A model generated the notes under the pieces. The model made no database searches. It was not told the origin of the DNA and worked only from the letters and a program-made list of their open reading frames with translations. This document shows, one piece after another, positions 18,098-26,105 of a stretch of 64,000 nt of DNA. The stretch is from Acidobacteria bacterium UBA2999. GTDB lineage: Bacteria > Acidobacteriota > Vicinamibacteria > Vicinamibacterales > UBA2999. The stretch covers positions 2,393-66,392 of the forward strand of contig DDZV01000005.1 in assembly GCA_002346475.1 (NCBI GenBank). Reading direction: 5' to 3'. The position numbers and the translations under genes were made by a program. The stretch's first letter is position 1; each line of letters begins with the position of its first letter.

Positions 18098-18140
18098 GAG
18101 TGAGACTAGTTTAATTTTTTGCTTTTTCTTCTAACTAACG

Positions 18141-18926
18141 ATGATTGATTTTAGTGATAAAAAAGGATTAATCGTAGGAGTAGCCAATAAGCGCTCCATT
18201 GCATGGGCTATTGCGCAAGCAACAGCTCGGTGCGGTGCTCAGTTAGCACTTACTTACCAGGGGCGATTCGAGGAAAAAGTTAAGGATCTATCTAAGGGGC
18301 TGGATCAGCCACTTGTTATACCGTGCGACCTTAGTTCTGATACTGAGATCGATGCTTTGTTTACAGAGGTTGATCGGGTTTTTGGCGGGTTAGATTTTCT
18401 CGTGCACAGTGTGGCATTTGCACCTCGTGATGAACTAACATCACAATTTTCAAATACATCAAGAGCAGGATTTCAAACGGCTCTTGATATTTCAACATAC
18501 TCACTTATCGCACTTGCTCGTGGTGCCGCACCGCTTATGGAGCGTCGAGGTGGCGGTAGTATTCTTACGCTTACTTATCTTGGGAGTCAGCGGGTTTTTC
18601 CAAATTACAACGTTATGGGTGTTGCGAAAGCAGCGCTTGAAGCTTCTGTTCGTTATCTCGCTTCCGATCTCGGCCCACAAAATATTCGTGTGAACGCTGT
18701 TTCGGCTGGTCCAATTAAGACACTGGCAGCCGCTGGTATTTCTGGGTTTTCTAATATTCTTTCGGTTTACCGTGATCGAGCTCCACTCAAACGTAATATT
18801 GCAGCTTCAGAAATTGGAGAAGTTTCTGCATTCCTTCTCAGTGATGTTGCAGGTGGTATAACTGGTGAAGTGCTGATAGTTGATGGAGGATTTCACGCTG
18901 TTGGTACGGAGAGTATTTCCAGCTAG
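18141..18926 (+). CDS. fabI: Enoyl-[acyl-carrier-protein] reductase (NADH)
   Basis: SDR fold with the FabI-type N-terminus GLIVGVANKRSIAWAIA and the Y..M....K catalytic context (YNVMGVAKAALE). Confidence 0.9.
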   Translation: MIDFSDKKGLIVGVANKRSIAWAIAQATARCGAQLALTYQGRFEEKVKDLSKGLDQPLVIPCDLSSDTEIDALFTEVDRVFGGLDFLVHSVAFAPRDELTSQFSNTSRAGFQTALDISTYSLIALARGAAPLMERRGGGSILTLTYLGSQRVFPNYNVMGVAKAALEASVRYLASDLGPQNIRVNAVSAGPIKTLAAAGISGFSNILSVYRDRAPLKRNIAASEIGEVSAFLLSDVAGGITGEVLIVDGGFHAVGTESISS

Positions 18927-18946
18927 GGACAATCTAGTGCCCTGCT

Positions 18947-19666
18947 TCAACTTTTGTTAGACCATTGTTCCATTCGGATTGCTTCCCTGGGAACTCCTAG
19001 TGCATTGAGTGTTGAAGTTGCCTGATCTACCATTGCAGTTGGCCCACAGACGAAGCAAAGTGTTTCTGCCGGATTTTCTATAACAGCTTTAAAATTTAAC
19101 AAGCTAATACGGCCGCGTGCTCCCTGCCACGCCAGGTCGTCGCGTGTTACTGTTTGATGTAGTTTTATTTGACCTGTCCTTGCGTAATGATCAAATTCTT
19201 CCATGAAAGCAAAATCTTCTGTGCGCCGTGCGCTGTAAACTAATGTGATAGTTTTTTTGAGTTTCATACGAAGTGCGTGGTCAAGCATTGATCTAAGTGG
19301 TGCGATGCCAGTCCCTCCTCCAATAAACAGCAGATTTTCTTCAATTGGAAGTTTTGGCAAAACAAAAGAGCCAATAGGGCCTTCAATATCTATTAATTGA
19401 CCTTTCTCAAGTGCAGGTAAATGTGTCCCAGGGGATCCGTTATCCTCCACAGCTACGAGCACTTCAAGCATTCTTGAAGAAGCCGCCTGTTCAGGTGAAC
19501 AAGCAATTGAATATGGACGCTTTAGGTCAAGTCCATGCTGACCGATCACGATGGCCTGCCCTGGGTTAAACGGGAAGCTCTTCTTCTCAAGATTCAGCTG
19601 AACGAGGAGCGCACGCGGAGTTGCAGGTATTACAGCGGCAATTGGAATAGTTATGTTTGAAGTCAC
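18947..19666 (-). CDS. Ferredoxin-NADP reductase-family FAD/NAD(P)-binding oxidoreductase
   Basis: RPYSIA FAD-binding motif and the LLFIGGGTGIAPLRSM NAD(P)-binding motif. Confidence 0.8.
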   Translation of the reverse strand: MTSNITIPIAAVIPATPRALLVQLNLEKKSFPFNPGQAIVIGQHGLDLKRPYSIACSPEQAASSRMLEVLVAVEDNGSPGTHLPALEKGQLIDIEGPIGSFVLPKLPIEENLLFIGGGTGIAPLRSMLDHALRMKLKKTITLVYSARRTEDFAFMEEFDHYARTGQIKLHQTVTRDDLAWQGARGRISLLNFKAVIENPAETLCFVCGPTAMVDQATSTLNALGVPREAIRMEQWSNKS

Positions 19667-19700
19667 GATCTTAGAGTGTAACTCAGGACATAATATCTAC

Positions 19701-19928
19701 ATGTCACGTATTCGTCGTCTTAGAGGAGTACTGCTCCGTTTCACCCAACGTCGATTACTGGCCACGATGTCTGGCATAGTAATTGCTGCGCCTGGGATAA
19801 TTCTCCTATTTTTCGATTACATCTGGGAAACAGGAGTGACTGATGGCCTGGCATTGATTGTTTTAGCTACAGGGCTTTCTTTGGTTTTTATTGGATTAAT
19901 GGGGCGTCAGCCTGATTGGGTGGATTAG
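19701..19928 (+). CDS. Small hypothetical two-TM membrane protein
   Basis: In-frame ATG at 19701 (MSRIRRLRG...). The track start at 19653 would overlap the divergent gene start. Two hydrophobic helices and no homology recognised. Confidence 0.35.
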   Translation: MSRIRRLRGVLLRFTQRRLLATMSGIVIAAPGIILLFFDYIWETGVTDGLALIVLATGLSLVFIGLMGRQPDWVD

Positions 19929-19939
19929 AGGCTATTCTT

Positions 19940-20623
19940 TTATCTTGGGGGGAGAACCGCGTACTTAGTAAGGTCTTCTATTCCAGCGTTGGCAAATCCA
20001 TCTCGTCGTTCTCGACATTTACTACACTGACCACAATGATGCACGCCATCTGGATTCATACAAGACAACGTGAGCTCAAGTGGTACGTGCAAGGTAGCCC
20101 CTAGTCGAATAACATCAGGTTTGTGCATTGAGGCAAAGGGCGTGGCAATTTGAATCTTTGTAGAGAGTGCCAGTGAGAGAGCGTGAGCAATAGCATGAAA
20201 GAATTCAGGTGTTGCGTCAGGGAACGGATTTCCTGCCAACGATCCAAGCGCGATTCGCTCAATGCCATGCTGAGAACAATAGATTGCTGCTTTGCTAAGC
20301 AGGATGATATTACGGCCAGTTAGATAAACATCTTCATCTGGCGTGTCGAAGTCAGGCGGATTTCCACTTATAGCCCAATGTGTAGGGGGATAAAGATCGC
20401 TCACGCTGAAGAAGAGATTTACAAGTGGTCGAGCATGAGCGAGTGGTGGTGAATCAAGAATCGTAGTTAGAGCTTTTAATTCAGCTTTTTCCCAGGCTAG
20501 CCCTGTGCTTATGTAGAGTGGCTGCACGATCGATGCCTGTGCTTCCCTTGCAGCAAGCACTGTGCTATCAAGGCCTGCTGAAAGAAGAACCGCTGTTACA
20601 GTTTTATCCATTTCGCGTACCAT
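19940..20623 (-). CDS. queC: 7-cyano-7-deazaguanine synthase
   Basis: PP-loop-like LLSAGLDSTV and the C-terminal zinc cluster CMNPDGVHHCGQCSKCRERRDGF. Confidence 0.85.
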   Translation of the reverse strand: MVREMDKTVTAVLLSAGLDSTVLAAREAQASIVQPLYISTGLAWEKAELKALTTILDSPPLAHARPLVNLFFSVSDLYPPTHWAISGNPPDFDTPDEDVYLTGRNIILLSKAAIYCSQHGIERIALGSLAGNPFPDATPEFFHAIAHALSLALSTKIQIATPFASMHKPDVIRLGATLHVPLELTLSCMNPDGVHHCGQCSKCRERRDGFANAGIEDLTKYAVLPPR

Positions 20624-20675
20624 TAACTAACTTGACAGTTTACCGTGGTTTTAACAGGTAGTATTTGGAGCGACT

Positions 20676-21077
20676 ATGTATTCCGTTACTAAGCGTATTG
20701 AATTCTGTTATGGGCATCGTTTGCTTGATTACGATGGTATTTGTAAACATCCGCATGGGCATAATGCAATTGCCGAAATTGAAGTCCGCACGGATGTTCT
20801 TGATAATCGAAATATGGTTGTAGATTTTAGTGACATCAAACGCATGGTTAAGGGTTGGATCGATCGTGAACTCGATCACAAAATGATTTTACGTCATGAT
20901 GATCCTATGGTTGAGCCATTGAAAGCACTGGGTGAGCCATTATATTTATTGGATAGCAATCCGACAGTTGAACGTATAGCCCAGTTGGTTTTTGAGGTTT
21001 CTCGTAATGAAGGGTTGCCTGTAGTACGTGTTACTGTTTGGGAAACGCCAACATCTTGGGCCACCTACAGCGATTAA
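20676..21077 (+). CDS. queD: 6-carboxy-5,6,7,8-tetrahydropterin synthase
   Basis: 133 aa with the motifs FCYGHRL and CKHPHGHN of PTPS/QueD. Confidence 0.88.
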   Translation: MYSVTKRIEFCYGHRLLDYDGICKHPHGHNAIAEIEVRTDVLDNRNMVVDFSDIKRMVKGWIDRELDHKMILRHDDPMVEPLKALGEPLYLLDSNPTVERIAQLVFEVSRNEGLPVVRVTVWETPTSWATYSD

Positions 21078-21736
21078 TCGTTTTCGATCTTGATGGTACA
21101 CTGATTGACTCTCGGCACGATCTAGCTGACGCGGCAAATCAGCTTGTTAAGGAACTAGGCGGCACACCACTGGATCTGGATACAGTGACTCAAATGGTTG
21201 GCGGTGGCGCTGAAACTCTTGTAAGGCGAGCACTTCACGCTGCTGGTCTTCCTTCAGGGACTGAGAAAGAGCTAGAACGATTCCTTCAACTTTACGATAA
21301 TTGTCTTCTTAACCATACCTGTATTTATCCTGGACTAATCGAAACGTTGGTGCAGGCTAGCTGTCTCGCGACACTGTCTCTACTTACTAATAAACCGAGC
21401 GATCCAAGTGAGCGTATCCTTCGTGGGTTAGGGATCCGTAGGTTCTTCGATCAAGTCATTGGTGGAGATAGTCCATGGCCGCGAAAGCCAGACCCGACTG
21501 CATTGTTTCAGCTGATGGCAGCTGCTGGGACTGACCGTTCAAGGACATTGCTTGTTGGAGATTCGTATGTTGATCTTGAAACAGCTAGACAGGCTGAAAT
21601 ACCGTGCTGTTTAGTTTCGTACGGATTTGGTTTCCAAGGCGTTGATCAAGATCGTCTCGATGAGCAAGACTGTATTGCAGTTGATGCAGTTTCTCTTACT
21701 GCGGTGATTAAAAAATTTGTTCGTGAGTTTACCTAG
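21038..21736 (+). CDS. gph: HAD-family phosphatase (phosphoglycolate phosphatase-like)
   Basis: HAD motif I IVFDLDGTLIDS, motif II LLTNK and motif IV GDSYVD. The start is uncertain: the track start overlaps queD by 40 nt, and an in-frame TTG at 21056 is an alternative. Confidence 0.78.
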   Translation: MGNANILGHLQRLIVFDLDGTLIDSRHDLADAANQLVKELGGTPLDLDTVTQMVGGGAETLVRRALHAAGLPSGTEKELERFLQLYDNCLLNHTCIYPGLIETLVQASCLATLSLLTNKPSDPSERILRGLGIRRFFDQVIGGDSPWPRKPDPTALFQLMAAAGTDRSRTLLVGDSYVDLETARQAEIPCCLVSYGFGFQGVDQDRLDEQDCIAVDAVSLTAVIKKFVREFT

Positions 21737-21757
21737 TACTAGTTGTTAAATCTAATT

Positions 21758-22552
21758 TTATGGCTTTGTGCTAAATGGTAGTTCATACGAAAAATAGCCG
21801 AATGCTCCTACAGAGACTTGGTTTTTTGTAATGATTACTGGAACCGAAAACCCAAGGATTGTTTGTGTGTTACCTACGTTCCAACCCGTACGGAAACCAG
21901 GCGCCAAAGTCCACACGGTTGTCCAATTAGTTGCTTCGGCCTGAGCGTCTTCGAATTCAATAACAGCTTCGAGCATTGGCTGGAACATGGGGGAAGCTCG
22001 CCAGATATTACTTAAAGCTAGATGAGGTGTAAAAGTTTTATTGTCTTCGGAAGGTATGTGCGTGAAGCCTGCGTTCCAGTGTAGATAGCTGTTCCCCAAT
22101 TGCTTGCTGAAGGGTAGATTCAATTGCCATCCTGCAGTCCCTCCAAGGTTTTTTGAAGCACTTCCGCTAGGAAGGATTAGTGTGAGCCGAGGCGAGAACG
22201 CTGGCAGAGTAGCTGTCTCAGGCATTGCTTGTAATCGATAGTGTAGTTGTAAGTCGCCGACACCTTGGCCTAGGCCGGTAGTGCTATAAGGTACGGTGTA
22301 AGATAGCTGGTGACGCCAGCCGAGGAGTGGCCACTCCTGCGTAAAGGTTGTTTCCCATTCTGTACGATTCCGAAAGTTCACTCCAACAATATTCTGAAAG
22401 ATACCTGCTTCTTGGTTGAAGGCTTCTTCAACAAAAAAAGAATTGTCAAGCATTTCAAATGGTTGTGTCGTGTTACTACCCTTTGGAGCAGGTTGTGCGG
22501 CAGCAGGTAGTGCTAGCATTGCGAGCAGGATCAATGTTTGCGCTGCCCGCAC
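21758..22552 (-). CDS. Alternative reading: separately translated secreted/outer-membrane beta-rich protein starting at the internal GTG
   Basis: The in-frame GTG at 22552-22550 (codon 220 of the long ORF) would give MRAAQTLILLAMLALPAAA|QPAPKG, a textbook signal peptide. I see no obvious Shine-Dalgarno upstream (…ggcagcatcaaaattatta GTG). Confidence 0.35.
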   Translation of the reverse strand: MRAAQTLILLAMLALPAAAQPAPKGSNTTQPFEMLDNSFFVEEAFNQEAGIFQNIVGVNFRNRTEWETTFTQEWPLLGWRHQLSYTVPYSTTGLGQGVGDLQLHYRLQAMPETATLPAFSPRLTLILPSGSASKNLGGTAGWQLNLPFSKQLGNSYLHWNAGFTHIPSEDNKTFTPHLALSNIWRASPMFQPMLEAVIEFEDAQAEATNWTTVWTLAPGFRTGWNVGNTQTILGFSVPVIITKNQVSVGAFGYFSYELPFSTKP

Positions 22553-23209
22553 TAATAATTTTGATGCTGCCTGTGTTCCAATAGTGATGGTCTGGTGATT
22601 TTCTTTTCGTAGACGGACGCTGTCTGCTACTCCATCACGTGCTTCAACTTGAATAGATTGGCCAGGTTTTAAATCGTGATGTTCGAGAAATCTTAGAAAT
22701 GGTTTGTCTTGATCAATAACTCGAACAACTTTTACCTCAGTATCTAGAGGACATGTCAGAAGACTTTGTGTATTTTGTGGTTTTAAGGATCCTTTCGAGT
22801 CAGGAATCGGATCTCCATGAGGATCGGTAGCTGGACGACCTAACATTTCGTCCATTCGGTCAACCAGACGATCTGATACAGCATGCTCAAGCTGTTCGGC
22901 ATCCTCGTGAACTTCGTCCCATTTCAGTCCCATCACGTTGACCAAAAAAAGCTCAATGAGTCGATGCCTACGTAGGACTAGGGTCGCAAGTTTCTTACCA
23001 GCGGACGTGAGCATTACACCTGCATAGGGCTCGTATTCCACTAGTCCGGACTCAGCCAGTGTCTTGACCATTGTTGTCGCCGTACCAGGAGAAATATCTA
23101 ATGTCGCTGCAAGTTGACCCATCGGCAGGAGTCGTTGTTTAGGCTCTAGTCCTGCAGTGCCTTGGTAGATAGCTTTGAGATAGTCTTCAACAGTGCTTGA
23201 TGGGGACAT
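21758..23209 (-). CDS. DtxR/MntR-family metal-dependent repressor (HTH + dimerisation + FeoA/SH3 domain), continuous in frame with a signal-peptide/TM segment and a ~245-aa beta-rich domain (putative outer-membrane barrel-like)
   Basis: Residues 1-~222 form a DtxR layout: EDYLKAIY, TTMVKTLAESGLVEYEPY, RRHRLIELFL, HPHGDPIP and a FeoA-like end ...ITIGTQAASKLLV. This runs straight into RAAQTLILLAMLALPAAAQPAP. The remaining sequence is rich in aromatic/Gly alternation and ends GAFGYFSYELPFSTKP. The track shows one uninterrupted 483-aa ORF. Confidence 0.7.
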   Translation of the reverse strand: MSPSSTVEDYLKAIYQGTAGLEPKQRLLPMGQLAATLDISPGTATTMVKTLAESGLVEYEPYAGVMLTSAGKKLATLVLRRHRLIELFLVNVMGLKWDEVHEDAEQLEHAVSDRLVDRMDEMLGRPATDPHGDPIPDSKGSLKPQNTQSLLTCPLDTEVKVVRVIDQDKPFLRFLEHHDLKPGQSIQVEARDGVADSVRLRKENHQTITIGTQAASKLLVRAAQTLILLAMLALPAAAQPAPKGSNTTQPFEMLDNSFFVEEAFNQEAGIFQNIVGVNFRNRTEWETTFTQEWPLLGWRHQLSYTVPYSTTGLGQGVGDLQLHYRLQAMPETATLPAFSPRLTLILPSGSASKNLGGTAGWQLNLPFSKQLGNSYLHWNAGFTHIPSEDNKTFTPHLALSNIWRASPMFQPMLEAVIEFEDAQAEATNWTTVWTLAPGFRTGWNVGNTQTILGFSVPVIITKNQVSVGAFGYFSYELPFSTKP

Positions 23210-23238
23210 TACTTCTGTCAGTTTAACCGACCACTACC

Positions 23239-23290
23239 AGTCAAATCATTGACTTTTGCTTCTCATATATATAATTTTGACTAATCAAAA
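23239..23290. promoter_or_regulatory. Two 16-bp (6-4-6) perfect palindromes overlapping a sigma70-like promoter for the MCO-ZIP operon; candidate DtxR-family operator
   Basis: AGTCAA-ATCA-TTGACT at 23239-23254 and TTTTGA-CTAA-TCAAAA at 23275-23290. TTGACT (23249-23254) can serve as -35 and TATAAT (23270-23275) as -10, although the spacing is only 15 bp. The second palindrome ends on the A of the MCO ATG. Confidence 0.45.
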
Positions 23291-24345
23291 TGAGTTGGAG
23301 ACTTATTAATCGAAGAAAATGGCTTCATCTGACTGGTCTAGGTTCGCTGGCTAGTGGATTACTTCAGGGCACTCGACTTGCTGGACAGGTACCTAAGAGC
23401 CAAAGCCATTTATCCGAAAAACATATGGCTGGGGCCATGGGCACTGTTGGCCAGGTGTCATCAATGGATTTTAGTCCTACAAATTTTCTTCGGAGTTGGA
23501 ATTTTTCTGACATGCCGTTACCTGATCGGAATCAGTACTATCGAGAGACGCCAAGACCAGATGGTACGTTGTTTCGGGAATATGAACTCTATGCTTCCGA
23601 TCGTGAGATAGAGATTGCACCTGGAATTTTCTTCCCTGCCTGGACTTTTAATAATCAGGTCCCTGGTCCTACACTGAGAGCAACAGAAGGCGATCGAGTT
23701 CGAATTAATTTTAGAAATCTTGGTTCACACCCTCACACTATCCATTTTCATGGTTGGCACCCACCGGCGATGGACGGTTCATTACCAGGTCAAGAAGTTG
23801 AGCCTGGAGAGACATTTGTGTACGAATTTGATGCAGAGCCATTTGGTTTACATTTGTATCATTGTCATGCGGTGCCTTTGAAACGCCATATCCATAAAGG
23901 TTTGTACGGCACATTCATCGTAGACCCAAAATCAAAAAGAACAGTGGCTGATGAAATGGTGATGGTGATGAACGCCTTTGATTCTAACTTTGATACAGAG
24001 AACGAAGTTTACGCTGTTAACACAGTAGCAAATGCGTATATGCGTGAGCCAATACGAGTTAATGTTGGACAGCTGGTGCGCATCTATTTGGTTAACTTGA
24101 CAGAATTCGATTTGATTAACAGCTTACACCTGCACGGCATGTTTTTTGATGTGTACCCGACTGGTACATCACTCAAACCATCACTGAACACGGACACGCT
24201 TATGTTGTGTCAAGGTGAGCGGGCCATTATTGAGACTACTTTTCGTTATTCAGGTGATTTTATGTTCCATGCCCATCAGAGTGAATTTGCCGAGTTAGGG
24301 TGGATGGGGCTCTTCCGGGCTGAGGAACAGCATGATGTCGCCTAA
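23290..24345 (+). CDS. Tat-exported two-domain multicopper oxidase (T1 copper site in domain 1; NirK-related type)
   Basis: Tat leader NRRKWLHLTGLGSLASG. The copper ligand motifs occur in the order HTIHFHGWH, LYHCHAVPLKRHIHKGL, HLHGMFF, FHAHQSEF. 351 aa fits two cupredoxin domains. Confidence 0.85.
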   Translation: MSWRLINRRKWLHLTGLGSLASGLLQGTRLAGQVPKSQSHLSEKHMAGAMGTVGQVSSMDFSPTNFLRSWNFSDMPLPDRNQYYRETPRPDGTLFREYELYASDREIEIAPGIFFPAWTFNNQVPGPTLRATEGDRVRINFRNLGSHPHTIHFHGWHPPAMDGSLPGQEVEPGETFVYEFDAEPFGLHLYHCHAVPLKRHIHKGLYGTFIVDPKSKRTVADEMVMVMNAFDSNFDTENEVYAVNTVANAYMREPIRVNVGQLVRIYLVNLTEFDLINSLHLHGMFFDVYPTGTSLKPSLNTDTLMLCQGERAIIETTFRYSGDFMFHAHQSEFAELGWMGLFRAEEQHDVA

Positions 24346-25543
24346 TCAAATGATAGTTCGTAATAATCTTTTTTTAGCACTGCTGCCACTAGTGCTTCTT
24401 GGTTGTGTGCTTGCTTTACTTGTTTGGTCACCTTCCACAGAAATTTTTCAGGTTCCCGGCACACCACCTGTTGAGCAATTAACATTTCAGCGTGTCGTGT
24501 TGGATGATGATGGCATTGTGGCAACAGTACTCAATGATGGCCCAGATTCAGTCACGATTGCCCAGGTACAGGTAGACGATGCTTTTTGGATGTTTGAGGC
24601 TAGTAATGGACAAGTCATTGGTCATCTTGGCCGTACGGCACTGCGTATTCCCTATCCTTGGATAGAAGGAGAAGCACATCTACTGAGAGTCCTTACTTCG
24701 ACAGGTGCAACATTTGAGTATGTAATATCGGTAGCTGTAGAAACACCAAAGCCCAGTGTTAGATTATTTGGAGTTTTTGCGTTGATTGGGATCTACGTTG
24801 GTGTGTTACCAGTAGCCATTGGCTTGCTATGGTTTCCTTTTTTAGCACAACTTTCTTCCAGAAGCATGGATTTCTTATTGGCATTAACAGTCGGTCTATT
24901 AGTCTTTCTATTTGTTGATGGATCACATGATGGCCTGGAACTAGCTACGGCATTACCGGAGTCGTTTCAAGGGGCTACTTTGTTTATTGTCGCAACTGCT
25001 GGTGCCTTCTTGTTGCTCGAAGCTGTTAGTGGCTGGCTTCGTGTCAGACGTTACAGATCGACTACTGAATCTAGTAACAGTGCCTGGGTTCTTGCGGTCC
25101 TCATTGCTATTGGGATTGGACTGCACAATTTTGCTGAAGGCTTGGCAATTGGCTCTGCATTTGCTCTTGGCGAAGCTACTTTTGGGATTCTCCTAATTGT
25201 AGGTTTCACTTTACACAACACAACTGAGGGTCTGGCAATTGTTGCGCCTCTTGCTCGAGCACATGTCCCTGTACGTGTCATACGGTTAATCCAGCTTGGG
25301 CTAATCGGCGGCCTTCCAACGATTGCTGGGGCTTGGCTCGGAGGTTTTGTGTACTCACCAGTGTGGTCAGTTTTTTTTCTTGCCTGCGGTGTAGGAGCAA
25401 TTGGGCAGGTTGTTACGCAAGTTACTCGTCAAATAGTCGGTACAAAATCTGTTGTTGGTGAATTAGCTAGTGTGCCAGTTCTGGGAGGACTTGTGACGGG
25501 TTGTGCTGTTATGTATGTCACAGGAATGATTGTGGGGGGATGA
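24332..25543 (+). CDS. ZIP-family divalent metal permease with ~115-aa extracytoplasmic N-terminal domain
   Basis: ZIP signature helices HNFAEGLAIG and HNTTEGLAIV. There is one N-terminal TM helix, then a soluble segment, before the ZIP core. 14-nt overlap with the MCO gene. Confidence 0.85.
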   Translation: MMSPNQMIVRNNLFLALLPLVLLGCVLALLVWSPSTEIFQVPGTPPVEQLTFQRVVLDDDGIVATVLNDGPDSVTIAQVQVDDAFWMFEASNGQVIGHLGRTALRIPYPWIEGEAHLLRVLTSTGATFEYVISVAVETPKPSVRLFGVFALIGIYVGVLPVAIGLLWFPFLAQLSSRSMDFLLALTVGLLVFLFVDGSHDGLELATALPESFQGATLFIVATAGAFLLLEAVSGWLRVRRYRSTTESSNSAWVLAVLIAIGIGLHNFAEGLAIGSAFALGEATFGILLIVGFTLHNTTEGLAIVAPLARAHVPVRVIRLIQLGLIGGLPTIAGAWLGGFVYSPVWSVFFLACGVGAIGQVVTQVTRQIVGTKSVVGELASVPVLGGLVTGCAVMYVTGMIVGG

Positions 25544-25630
25544 GTATTTTTACTCGGCGTTAGGGATCGTTCTAAGAGCGCAGTAGTTTTTAATTTTTTT
25601 TTTGGTTTTAGTCCAGGCTATATTGATTAG

Positions 25631-26050
25631 GTGGATCTAGATAAATCTCGTTGGTCCGGCGAAGGGCAATTTACTGAAACGCTCATTGAGGCATTAAAAG
25701 CACTTCAATCAATATCCTATCTGCTTGTCGAAGACGCGCCTGCAACTCGATCAGACGCGGACTACAATTTCATCAGCAATGAGATGTTTGTGCGGTTTCA
25801 GACGAAACAAAGCATTGAACGTAGGAAATGGATGGGGATCATTCCAGTTCGACGAACGTTCTTACTGCCAGTGATGACGCTTGCCGATCTAGGGAAGTCT
25901 TTTGTTGAGACTGAGACGGTTGGAGAACCTGATTATATCGATGAGGGAATGATTCAGTTTTTAAAGTCTGAACGAATCATTCCACCATATCAGACTAGAG
26001 GTTATAAACTCGTAGAGCTTGTTCGTATCTACGAAGTAAAGGACTCATAA
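25631..26050 (+). CDS. Hypothetical soluble protein
   Basis: 139-aa ORF with a GTG start, no TM helix and no motif I recognise. Confidence 0.4.
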   Translation: MDLDKSRWSGEGQFTETLIEALKALQSISYLLVEDAPATRSDADYNFISNEMFVRFQTKQSIERRKWMGIIPVRRTFLLPVMTLADLGKSFVETETVGEPDYIDEGMIQFLKSERIIPPYQTRGYKLVELVRIYEVKDS

Positions 26051-26105
26051 TGCTTGTGAGAATTTTTAATAATGTACCTCATAGAACCCAGGTTGGGAGT
26101 TAGCG

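Noticed and set aside
20624-20675. A possible preQ1 riboswitch between the divergent queC and queD genes (and the 79-aa ORF at 20640-20879).
   Set aside because: The gap is only 52 nt and lacks the conserved preQ1-I loop sequence as I recall it. The ORF is antisense to queD.
25544-25630. A rho-independent terminator after the ZIP gene (the T10 run at about 25596-25608).
   Set aside because: The preceding candidate stem (GCGTTAG / CTAAGAGCGC) pairs poorly. The T-run alone is insufficient evidence.
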